Source of the DNA: an uncultured virus (IMG/VR IMGVR_UViG_3300014656_001812)
Lineage: Duplodnaviria > Heunggongvirae > Uroviricota > Caudoviricetes
Strand: one strand, 5' to 3'
Virus record (IMG/VR): IMGVR_UViG_3300014656_001812
DNA length: 20,000 nt
This document shows positions 1-8,822 of this stretch, one piece after another. A program made the translations under genes and the position numbers. The notes under the pieces are model-generated. The model saw only the letters and a program-made list of their open reading frames with translations. It was not told the DNA's origin and ran no database searches. Position 1 is the first letter of the stretch; each line of letters opens with the position of its first letter.

Positions 1-1046
1 GGATCGAAACTATCTAATGATATAGGTTCCTCTACAACCTGTCCATCCTTGAAGCGCGTTCTTACATACTTAGAAGGAATAAAGTCTTCCAGATACCATC
101 TATACATATCGTAGTCTATACTCATCGCCATATTGGGATTGAATCCTATAGTATAGAAATCGAATGGCAATAGTTGTATGGCGCACATAAAGAGACCAGG
201 GAAGTTAGGCACGGCGCTGACATTGATAGACTGCAGGGCAACATCTGTGATGCCCAAGGAACCATTTATGTATGTATTATTAATAGCAACAAATGGCGTA
301 TTCCTGAATTGACGCACCAGCATTTCCAGTTCTTCTATATTAAAGACTACAAAGTCTATCCTGAGGACATCACGAATATTGCCTCTATTGACCTTATCCG
401 TCCCACGGTCGCGCAGGCGAGGATATGCTTTGAAATCTGTCTGCTTTATTATCTGTATAGAGGTAGGTAGGTAGTCTATATTACATAGGCCTATATTGAA
501 GAATCGCTCAGCGAGGTCGTGACCCTTCTCGTGTTCTTTTTGTAGATGATCTACTAATGTTTTTGGTGCTGTTGGAGCAGGATCTACCATGGGCGTAGGT
601 TGAGAAGAAGAAGGAAGCGATGCTAAAAGTTTTAACAGTTCCCTTGCCCATTTCTTAAGGATATCAATAACTCTTGGTTTTGTAGTATCTACTTTAGAAA
701 CATCTGTTGGAGCATTGTGCGTAGGACGAGGAAGACTACTAACTTTTGGAACATCTGCTGGTTCCCACCATATTTCCCATTCAAGAAGAGCTTTCTGGCA
801 AGCGGCTTCCCAATCCATAACTGGAGCTCCCGGCGGGCTATGTCCCTGAAATCCAGGATATGTCCATTGAAGAGTCCCGGGATATTCCAAAGACTCTTCT
901 AGAAAGGCTCCAGGAAACATATATTGATGAACCAGGTGGGAAAAGTCAACCGTGCCGATTAGGAGAAGAAGCTTTTCCTTTTCTGCATCTGTTAAAATAT
1001 CTGCTTCTGGTCTACTAAATCGAGGTGTAGATTCAATGACTCCCAT
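1..1046 (-). CDS. Probable virion structural (tail/baseplate region) protein, 3'-truncated by the window (>348 aa)
   Basis: Absent from the ORF track, consistent with no stop inside the window. ATG at 1046 with GGAG at 1054-1057, 13 nt after the upstream stop. Manual translation: MGVIESTPRFSRPEADIL...IDYLPTSIQIIKQTDFKAYPRLRDRG...RQFRNTPFVAINNTYINGSLGITDVALQSINVSAVPNFPGLFMCAIQLLPFDFY. Function inferred from gene position only. Confidence 0.8.
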   Translation of the reverse strand, partial: MGVIESTPRFSRPEADILTDAEKEKLLLLIGTVDFSHLVHQYMFPGAFLEESLEYPGTLQWTYPGFQGHSPPGAPVMDWEAACQKALLEWEIWWEPADVPKVSSLPRPTHNAPTDVSKVDTTKPRVIDILKKWARELLKLLASLPSSSQPTPMVDPAPTAPKTLVDHLQKEHEKGHDLAERFFNIGLCNIDYLPTSIQIIKQTDFKAYPRLRDRGTDKVNRGNIRDVLRIDFVVFNIEELEMLVRQFRNTPFVAINNTYINGSLGITDVALQSINVSAVPNFPGLFMCAIQLLPFDFYTIGFNPNMAMSIDYDMYRWYLEDFIPSKYVRTRFKDGQVVEEPISLDSFD

Positions 1047-1053
1047 TATTAAT

Positions 1054-1057
1054 CTCC
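1054..1057 (-). promoter_or_regulatory. Shine-Dalgarno GGAG for the ORF starting at 1046
   Basis: Minus strand reads TAA-ATGGAGATTAATA-ATG; 7-nt spacer. Confidence 0.6.
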
Positions 1058-1059
1058 AT

Positions 1060-4000
1060 TTACAAAGCTGACTTTAATGTATCTCGTAGTGAATACTCAT
1101 CTATATATGTTCTCTGATTAATAGAGGTATTATATCTATATGCTTCTGCGCGTGGAGGCTGTGGCTCCAATAAAGACGCTCTCTTCCTTCTCAATGGCTT
1201 AAAGTATCCACTACCTTCCTTGCTAGCATATATAGTTACCAACCCTTTGGGATGTCTAGCGACGGCGCCACCCTTTGCTAACATTTGACCAGCGTGTCCG
1301 CCGATGCCTGTCATTACATACCTAAGATAACCCCTTTCTGTATCTACATCCATAGAGTCATACTTTTGTACTCGTGGATCTTCTAATCCAACACTGGTAT
1401 AATAGTCTCTCAGTAGCGCATTCTCTTGTCGTTGCTCGCCCTTATGAGCAAGGTCTTTCATTCCTACCATTTCTGCGGTATTAAATAATAATGCTCCACC
1501 AAGCAACGCGGCACCAGCAAACAAGACATTACGATTACTCATTACATCTTTCAGGAGACTACCGTGCGCGAGATCCCGTATATTAGATTTGAATGGAGTG
1601 ACGACACGCGGTGCTGGGTTAAGCATCTTATAAAACATATCATCAATGACGTCATTCTGAGCCATAATGAGGTCGAATGTCTCTTGGTGGGTCTTACGAA
1701 GCATGGTTGAAAGTTCTGCTACTTTCTTGGCAGTCCCTGGATCCGCCCCTTGTAAGGCCTTATAATCACGAGCATCTACTCTATCTATAATGGCCTTAAG
1801 TATTTCATTAGGACGCTCATCCCCTGTAACTCCCATGGTCCGTATATATGCCGCAGCCTCTTGGGTCATCGTCCCCTGAGTAATAAATTCTTGTATAGAT
1901 AAAGGTAGTCCTTCTATATTGGTCATACCCATCGGTCCAACGGCCTCGGACTTACTAATCTGAAAGACACCAAAAGCTTCCACTACCCGAGGAGAGAACT
2001 TGCCAAGAGCACCAGACATAGAAGGAACAGTAGCCCCTCCCTTTTTCATCGTGTCTTCTACAACTTCAAGATTCCGAGCTATATGAGCAAAATTTAATAC
2101 GACGGTTCCTTGTTCCATTTTTGTACGTAAAGCATCTTCTACTTGTGCACGAATAATAGGATCTTTTAGCCCGCGCGTCGCCATAAGGCTATCTATGAGA
2201 TTATCCGTAAATTCTTCTGCTCCTGGTGCAGCCTTGCCAAGAATTTTTTGCTGAGCAGATACTTTTAGCCACCCGTGCACACCATGTTTTTCCCCAACGG
2301 GATATTCAATACCAAGCATCGGCTTCTTTCCTAGCCCTCCTGGTATAAGTTTAAAACTCACTATGTCATCGGCGGGACGAAGGGCAGAACCTGTAGTTCC
2401 CATTCCTACATCGGCTGGCTTCTTGAATGCACTCACTGCCTCCTGAATACGCTTTTGTCTTTCTACAATATTACCTTCAGTCTCGGCTAATATTATCTGA
2501 ACTTTCTTAGCCTCCTCCTCTGTTAAATTCAGAGTATCTGACATTAGTTTATTCTTAGAAGGAATGATAAAGGCATATTCAGAGTCGGCAAATGTTACAG
2601 GAAAATCTGAGCCCCTTTTCTTCAGTTCATTGGCCAATACTTCATCTACATTAATCATAGTAAATTGTTCTTTTGTCCATTGTAGATACAGCGCATGATC
2701 GCGGGAATTCACCTTCGCGCCCATCATCGTCAAATGATTCGCAACGTCAAGGGCAAAGGACTCATTAGTAGCAGTATTGAGATGCCTATATAGCGCGACA
2801 CCCTTCTCTGGTATAGAAGCATTGACGCCACCATACAATGGCGAGCCAGGCATAGTGTCCCGTAGCCTTTTCACTTCCTGCCGTAGACCCGTCATTATGT
2901 CTCTATTCTGTTCTCCTATCATTGTGTTGGTAAGTTCAGTTAAGGACATCGTATTCATTGTTGCTTGGCCATCAATCATCTTGACTATAGGATTACCAGT
3001 AGCATCTTTTAATTGGCGCGCATAGCGATTGATAGTATCAAGATACTCATTGTGCGCTCCTCTAAGGAACTCTAAGTTCCCTATCATATCTCTCTTCCGC
3101 CTAGACACGGGAAGATATACCATTGTAGAGCCAGGCTCTTTGAACTCGGGCGAGAAGGCCTCTATTATCTGTTTTACCTGCCATTGAGAAAACTTAGACT
3201 TCTCTCCTGTCTCTGAAGGCCTTAGGAGATCGTCTATAAATTCAGATATAGTTCTATGTTGATACTTGTATGTGCCAGGCTTTTCCTGAGGAATATAACG
3301 CCCATATCTAATATCCTGTCCTTCTATCCATTTCTGGTGTAGATACGCTCTAAGTTCTTCCTTCTCCTCCTTTCCAAGTTTCTCCATAGGCGTGAATAGC
3401 CAAGGCTTGGCCTCCTCACTTGTTAGCCTAGGCACCCCTAAGTCTATAGGAGTTATGGCCTCTTTAGCCTTTTGCACCTGCTGACTAAGGATTCTTTCTA
3501 GGTATCCAGGAGGAGTAGCCGTCTCTCCTTTTTCATACATACGCGCGCGCTTCAGGGCAATATATATATCCAATTCCTCTAAATTCTTTTGACCCCTGAC
3601 AATATCATATCCCTTTCTGTTCAGTGTACGAAGCCCGCCTTTCTCAACCATAAGCCTAGACAGTATTGGAAGATGTTCCTTGAGTTCCTTTGGAAGATAC
3701 TTCCATCCAGCATCATTGTTTTCATTAAGGATGCGTATTATTGCCTCGGCATTATCATTGCCATTCATCATCATATCTGTCCATAATGTAATGGCTTCTT
3801 TATGAGGAAACTGCATCATCCTTGGCTTCGCGGCATCTATGGCCATCTGGTTCATAGCGTGAATGACCATATCAGTCTTGGCCTTGAACCGCGCTGGATC
3901 GCCTATCTTATCCAGACCTTGACCAAAGAATAAGACCTCATTATAGGCATCCATTAGATTTCTAATTGTGCCTGCCTCTTGCATTAATAACTTTGACTGA

Positions 4001-5172
4001 TCTCGCTGAACTATCCTAGCATATACCTGATCATAATTCAAGAGCTCAACTGGTGTATTAGTCATCAAAGGCTGCTTGAGGATTGTGTCTGTGGGTATAT
4101 CCTTTAGCCACGATTTCTTCACGTGCGCCATTTCCCAGAAGATAGCCTGCTCATTCTGATACAATTGTCCAGTATCTTTATGTGTTAATGTTTTAAGATT
4201 GATATGATTAAGTTGGTTCTGGATTTCTTCCATATTGATATCATCAAGTCTACCAAAAGCGCGGGTAATCAGCATCCTGCGATGATACTCAAGCCATTCA
4301 TCGGCGCCCGTAATACCTTTATGCCGAGCAAATGCGAGCGTCTGCTTTGCTAGACTCGTTAAATTATGAGCTTCTGCACTAAAAGCAAATGACTTTGTTA
4401 TATCAGCATCCCAGTCCATATTCATCAGAGTATATTGAATTGGATTGACATAGGCAGACATCTTCGCGGCGGTATTATCCGCTATCATCCAGACGCTCTC
4501 ATAGGCATTTGGTGTTCTAAGGCTCATTCCTGGAATAACTTGGAATCCTGACTGGCCCTCTGATTGTATCATTAACTTCTTAAATTTCAAGTCTTTAGAG
4601 AGTTCCTTATTCATAGATTCCATTATGTCAGGACTAACGAACATTATATTAGCATCGGCAAGAAGACGACTATCGCGCGCCCACTGCGGAAAATCAGTCT
4701 CTGATAATGTATTATGAACAGCATCCATAATCTTCTTTTGCATATCAGAAGACATAGCATAATGGCGGCTCTCAAATGGTCTCATATGCAACTGCATACC
4801 TGGAGCGCCAGGAGATATTATTTTCTTCGCCGACTTAACGAAGTCATCTATCTCCGCCTTCTTCAGCCTTTGCATAAAACTACTATCAATTTTCTGTCCA
4901 GTTAGAGCGGCCGCCGCCGCGCGAACACCATATGAAGAAGACTCTTTTAAATTAATCGTCCCATCATCTTTCTGCCACCAATGAAGACTAAACAGATGCC
5001 TTTTGCCAAATATATCTTCATATCCAAATAGCATAGGAAAGGAAGACTTATGATGCATCATTATAGCATCTATTCTCTCGCGATAGGTGCGGAGATCCTT
5101 GACATTATGAGCAACAGCCTGCCCAAGGTGGACAATCTCTGTCTGAAGCTGAAGAATATCAAGACCTACCAT
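1060..5172 (-). CDS. 1370-aa putative virion-associated two-barrel (DPBB) RNA polymerase-like protein
   Basis: SLR219TP...YVNPIQYTLMNMD253WD255AD257 aligns with beta' LNRAP...LHPLVCAAYNADFDGD (R to first D 34 aa versus 35 in E. coli beta'). AID446AAK449 resembles the (A)VDxxK helix of single-chain two-barrel polymerases. Hydrophobic helix near the C-terminus (VLFAGAALLGGALLF). Confidence 0.7.
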   Translation of the reverse strand: MVGLDILQLQTEIVHLGQAVAHNVKDLRTYRERIDAIMMHHKSSFPMLFGYEDIFGKRHLFSLHWWQKDDGTINLKESSSYGVRAAAAALTGQKIDSSFMQRLKKAEIDDFVKSAKKIISPGAPGMQLHMRPFESRHYAMSSDMQKKIMDAVHNTLSETDFPQWARDSRLLADANIMFVSPDIMESMNKELSKDLKFKKLMIQSEGQSGFQVIPGMSLRTPNAYESVWMIADNTAAKMSAYVNPIQYTLMNMDWDADITKSFAFSAEAHNLTSLAKQTLAFARHKGITGADEWLEYHRRMLITRAFGRLDDINMEEIQNQLNHINLKTLTHKDTGQLYQNEQAIFWEMAHVKKSWLKDIPTDTILKQPLMTNTPVELLNYDQVYARIVQRDQSKLLMQEAGTIRNLMDAYNEVLFFGQGLDKIGDPARFKAKTDMVIHAMNQMAIDAAKPRMMQFPHKEAITLWTDMMMNGNDNAEAIIRILNENNDAGWKYLPKELKEHLPILSRLMVEKGGLRTLNRKGYDIVRGQKNLEELDIYIALKRARMYEKGETATPPGYLERILSQQVQKAKEAITPIDLGVPRLTSEEAKPWLFTPMEKLGKEEKEELRAYLHQKWIEGQDIRYGRYIPQEKPGTYKYQHRTISEFIDDLLRPSETGEKSKFSQWQVKQIIEAFSPEFKEPGSTMVYLPVSRRKRDMIGNLEFLRGAHNEYLDTINRYARQLKDATGNPIVKMIDGQATMNTMSLTELTNTMIGEQNRDIMTGLRQEVKRLRDTMPGSPLYGGVNASIPEKGVALYRHLNTATNESFALDVANHLTMMGAKVNSRDHALYLQWTKEQFTMINVDEVLANELKKRGSDFPVTFADSEYAFIIPSKNKLMSDTLNLTEEEAKKVQIILAETEGNIVERQKRIQEAVSAFKKPADVGMGTTGSALRPADDIVSFKLIPGGLGKKPMLGIEYPVGEKHGVHGWLKVSAQQKILGKAAPGAEEFTDNLIDSLMATRGLKDPIIRAQVEDALRTKMEQGTVVLNFAHIARNLEVVEDTMKKGGATVPSMSGALGKFSPRVVEAFGVFQISKSEAVGPMGMTNIEGLPLSIQEFITQGTMTQEAAAYIRTMGVTGDERPNEILKAIIDRVDARDYKALQGADPGTAKKVAELSTMLRKTHQETFDLIMAQNDVIDDMFYKMLNPAPRVVTPFKSNIRDLAHGSLLKDVMSNRNVLFAGAALLGGALLFNTAEMVGMKDLAHKGEQRQENALLRDYYTSVGLEDPRVQKYDSMDVDTERGYLRYVMTGIGGHAGQMLAKGGAVARHPKGLVTIYASKEGSGYFKPLRRKRASLLEPQPPRAEAYRYNTSINQRTYIDEYSLRDTLKSAL
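4402..4518 (-). other. Catalytic DPBB segment: RxP to DxDxD (NMDWDAD at 4402-4422)
   Basis: Direct translation; NP-x6-N-x-DxDxD spacing matches HP-x6-NADFDGD of cellular RNAP beta'. Confidence 0.75.
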
Positions 5173-8100
5173 TAGATTAAATTAGCCTCCAATGCCTGTG
5201 CTACTTGATATGCCGATATATTGCTAGAAGATATAGAAGCTCCGCCATATTCTCTATTGATCATACTAGTTATAGCCGCCATCTTTTCAGTAGGCAGAGC
5301 AGTATCAACGTGAACAACCCTGTCCCTCATTTTCTGAGGAGGATGCTGTATCTGATACTCGGGATCGTCTTGAATATGAAATGTAGGATCTGGCGCGCCG
5401 AGGTTAGCTACACCAATCATCGCGGCGGCTAGTCCTATCGCGGCCATTGTTCTTGATCTACCCGTATGAATCAAGGGGCGCATAAGCTCATCTGGTATTC
5501 TGATATAATCACCAGGAGCAGTCTTAACAGGAGAAAGCAACCCAAGAAAGTCGTGAAGAAGGGGATCCTCCATACGTACAGCCTGATTCCTCGCCCTCTG
5601 CCAAGCCCCCAATCCTGGCTTTTCTCCACCAAGAAATTGAGTAATCAGACCTCTCTCAATAGAAGGATCCTGATGACGAACTCCTTCCGCCCACTTCCTC
5701 TTGCCTAGCAAGACATCTGCAAATTGATAAGCAAATATATGTTTCTCAGTGAGACGAAAATTCTCCATATCAAAGATATCATTTAGAAGAACCTTAATAT
5801 TTTCCTTATGGATCTTAATATCTTCGTTCCATAAGAAGTCTTTCTCTCCTCTCCTAGAATTGATAAGATTGAAGACCTCATCAATATTCGTTACAGGAGT
5901 GCCAAATTTCTGGCTGACAGCGCCGAGAAGGGCATCTCCATATTCTGCTAATCCCCTAGCTATATCTCTCTGCATTGTATCATGGTCTGCCATCTTTATA
6001 CCAAGCCTAACTTGCTGACCCATAACGGTTTCATCTATAGCTAGAAATGTTCGCGCGAGCTCAGCGGCTGTATTCTCTGGCCCAGCTGTGCGTGTCGGTT
6101 CAAGCCTTGTCCATATATCCTTCTTTAGATCGGTTGTGTCTTTCATCTTCTCTAGTAATTTATGTTGCCACTCATCTCCTAACACTCCGAAGGCATTACT
6201 AGATATAAATGTCATAGCACCAGAGATTTTTTCCATTAAACCGATGGCCTCTTCTGCCCCAGCGTATCCTCCCAACAGATCAAGCATAGCTTTTGCAGTT
6301 AGCATAGCGCTAGCACTTCCATCTATACTTTCGCCCGCAAGATCTTTTATTCCTTTTTCTACGTTCGTTTCCCTCATAATAGCAGATATTACATTATATT
6401 TTTCTTCGTTGGCAAGAAGTTTCATATTCTGATGCATTATTTCAAAGTAAGAAGCAGTGGCGGCAAAACTTTCGTGGCGCAGATCTCTGACATCCGTTAG
6501 CCGACGGCGCGCAGTATCTACCGCGAAGGCAGCAAGATCTCCCATTCCTCCTTCAAATGTCTTCAAAGGAAGACCTTCTCTTACTACCTGCGGATCCATC
6601 ACCAATCTTACTGTGCGATCTGCCCGTAAAAGATCCTGAAAATGGTATCCTATATTTCCATCTGTTAGTTCCTCTAATCCAACAAATTTATATGGATTTT
6701 TAGGGTGCATAGCGGCGCGATCAAAGCGCAATGATTCTCTATGTGGACCTTTCTGCTTAAAAACAGTGGCAATATTCTTAGACGATTCTTCCATCCGTAT
6801 ACCGGGTATCTTATCTAAATCTTGAGTAGAAACTACAATCTCCCCAAGATTGAATATACTTTTTCCAGACGCAGCATCAACATTATAGTTAGTGATGAGA
6901 CTCCTGGCATTAGCATCAGCAGTGAGAGTAGTTAATAGATTTACAGTTGCAGCTACATCGCCAAGAACATTGTGCATTTCCGTCGTTGCGCGAGGGACCA
7001 TTAATCCAAGAGCAGAGTGCCGAACGTTTATTCCTTTGGCATCAAGTCCACCAATTAATGTAGTAAGTTCACTAGGTCTCATCTTAGAGAACATCTGGTG
7101 CATTTGTCTAGTAGCCGTAAGAGTATCAATGGCGCGTCCGAACTCAAGGTCCCATCCCCATTGTCGAAGAATTAGTCTATCAAAGTTTAGGTAGTTATGG
7201 CCAGCCTCAACTGCGTCGGCAAGGGGCACGCCAATCTTAGTAAACTCCCCCTTCACCGTAGATGTAATCTCGCCCATAGTTGCTAATTTTGTTCCAGCGG
7301 GCGTTGTGCTTACATATCTCTCGAATATCTCTTCTACATTCTTCGGGGCGACGAATATTTTTCTATTATTCCCAATCTCTTTGCCTTCGTGTATCACTCC
7401 TGCCTTAACCATTTGCTTTATAAGCATTTCGCTTTCACTAGAGGTAAATGGAAAGAGGTCTGTCGGGCCAGCCTTCTTCATAAACCTTTCTATTTCTACC
7501 TTACCAATATCCTCTAGTTTTCCTGTGTATTCCATTCCTTGGAATTGTTGTGCGAGCTTCAGGTAGTCTTGCCATATCTCGGCCTCTGCGCCGTGAGGTA
7601 CTTGTAGTCTAAATACCTTTGTTACAGCCTCGGGACCGTTACCAATTTGTATACCAATTTCATAAGGAAGAAGAGGAACTCTATCGGCGAGACCAATAGT
7701 TTCTATATCAACAAACATAGTCTTCTTAGCATACTTAGCCTGGAAGTCTCTCATAATCTCAGAGAAATCCATCGCCTCGCCGTAGCCCAACTCCTTTAAT
7801 GGATACTTCTTAAGCAAAGCCGCTTGGTGTGCAACATCTCCCATTATAGAAGCAGACTCTTTAGCACCTACTTGATGTATCAAACCAAACGCTTCTACAT
7901 TCTGTCCTGGTTGAAGACTAATCTGGAAGGCATCGTGGTACAATGAGAAGATATCATGAAGTTCTTTATCGACATTGTGTATAGTTAGTTGTGTTCCTTC
8001 TTTTCTAAGAAGTCTATCTTTTATAGCGGGTATCGTACCTCCATTTTCTGCCATCCAAGGTTCTCTTAATTCACTAAGAACATTGCTTTGTTCAGTGGTA

Positions 8101-8822
8101 AGTGGTCCAGTCGTCTTATCTAGTATCTTAGTTATCTCATCAATATCAGTATGAGGATCTCTCTTTATAAGAGTCTTAGATGCGGGTGTCTGGAATATAA
8201 CTCCACCAAGTTCTGCCTCTATGATGCCACCAGGACGACTCGTATATGGCACTGGCTTGCGCAACTTAGGGCCTAGAACATTATCAAGATTATCACCAGG
8301 ACCACTTTCTGTTATCCATCCCCTCATAGCAGCGGGTTCAGTAGTCCCGCGCGATTCTATGAGAGCCTTGAATCCTTCAATCTCGGATATATAATCAGAT
8401 ATAACTGGTCTCGCGCCACTGCCTAGTCCCATTGCCTCTTGTAGGGGTCCAAGAATCTTTGTGTCTTTCAAGTCAGGCGCGGTAGGACCATCAAGAACCT
8501 TAGACAAACTACGAAGGCCTTTTAGCATTCCTGTGTCAAGTTCTTCTTCGACGACATTATGAGGGATGCCCCTCCCATCGCTTGATATAACGATATAGTC
8601 GCCTGGACCTATCTTTGATATAGCCCACGATTCTGCCGATTGTCCAGTATATTCAGCCTGAGGCATATATGTAATAGTAGCAACGCCACCCATAACATCA
8701 ACAATATATACCAAGTCCCTATGAACAATGGCCGCAACATTCTGCTGATCAGTAATGATAGGAGAACTAAAATATGATCTCTTCATTATGAATAGTAGAC
8801 CATTGAGGTTAGATACAGGCAT
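5172..8822 (-). CDS. 1216-aa large phage protein with a DEDDh (DnaQ-like) 3'-5' exonuclease domain
   Basis: ExoI FVD372IE374TIGL, ExoII AGH542NYLNFD548, IDTL, ExoIII H617NVLGD622. C-terminal hydrophobic helix MAAIGLAAAMIGVANLGA. TAATG overlaps with both neighbours. Confidence 0.8.
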   Translation of the reverse strand: MPVSNLNGLLFIMKRSYFSSPIITDQQNVAAIVHRDLVYIVDVMGGVATITYMPQAEYTGQSAESWAISKIGPGDYIVISSDGRGIPHNVVEEELDTGMLKGLRSLSKVLDGPTAPDLKDTKILGPLQEAMGLGSGARPVISDYISEIEGFKALIESRGTTEPAAMRGWITESGPGDNLDNVLGPKLRKPVPYTSRPGGIIEAELGGVIFQTPASKTLIKRDPHTDIDEITKILDKTTGPLTTEQSNVLSELREPWMAENGGTIPAIKDRLLRKEGTQLTIHNVDKELHDIFSLYHDAFQISLQPGQNVEAFGLIHQVGAKESASIMGDVAHQAALLKKYPLKELGYGEAMDFSEIMRDFQAKYAKKTMFVDIETIGLADRVPLLPYEIGIQIGNGPEAVTKVFRLQVPHGAEAEIWQDYLKLAQQFQGMEYTGKLEDIGKVEIERFMKKAGPTDLFPFTSSESEMLIKQMVKAGVIHEGKEIGNNRKIFVAPKNVEEIFERYVSTTPAGTKLATMGEITSTVKGEFTKIGVPLADAVEAGHNYLNFDRLILRQWGWDLEFGRAIDTLTATRQMHQMFSKMRPSELTTLIGGLDAKGINVRHSALGLMVPRATTEMHNVLGDVAATVNLLTTLTADANARSLITNYNVDAASGKSIFNLGEIVVSTQDLDKIPGIRMEESSKNIATVFKQKGPHRESLRFDRAAMHPKNPYKFVGLEELTDGNIGYHFQDLLRADRTVRLVMDPQVVREGLPLKTFEGGMGDLAAFAVDTARRRLTDVRDLRHESFAATASYFEIMHQNMKLLANEEKYNVISAIMRETNVEKGIKDLAGESIDGSASAMLTAKAMLDLLGGYAGAEEAIGLMEKISGAMTFISSNAFGVLGDEWQHKLLEKMKDTTDLKKDIWTRLEPTRTAGPENTAAELARTFLAIDETVMGQQVRLGIKMADHDTMQRDIARGLAEYGDALLGAVSQKFGTPVTNIDEVFNLINSRRGEKDFLWNEDIKIHKENIKVLLNDIFDMENFRLTEKHIFAYQFADVLLGKRKWAEGVRHQDPSIERGLITQFLGGEKPGLGAWQRARNQAVRMEDPLLHDFLGLLSPVKTAPGDYIRIPDELMRPLIHTGRSRTMAAIGLAAAMIGVANLGAPDPTFHIQDDPEYQIQHPPQKMRDRVVHVDTALPTEKMAAITSMINREYGGASISSSNISAYQVAQALEANLI
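6957..7718 (-). other. DEDDh exonuclease domain with a long insertion between ExoI and ExoII
   Basis: All four acidic residues and the catalytic His are present in order. Confidence 0.75.

Noticed and set aside
461..474. Short tandem aggt repeat
   Set aside because: About 3.5 copies within coding sequence (YLPT); not significant.
1060..5172. Calling the 1370-aa gene rpoC
   Set aside because: Non-canonical DWDAD, no beta' zinc-binding cysteines, no adjacent rpoB; far too divergent from cellular beta'.
6957..7718. Calling the 1216-aa gene dnaQ/polC
   Set aside because: Only the exonuclease domain is recognisable; no PHP or polymerase motifs, and the context is structural.
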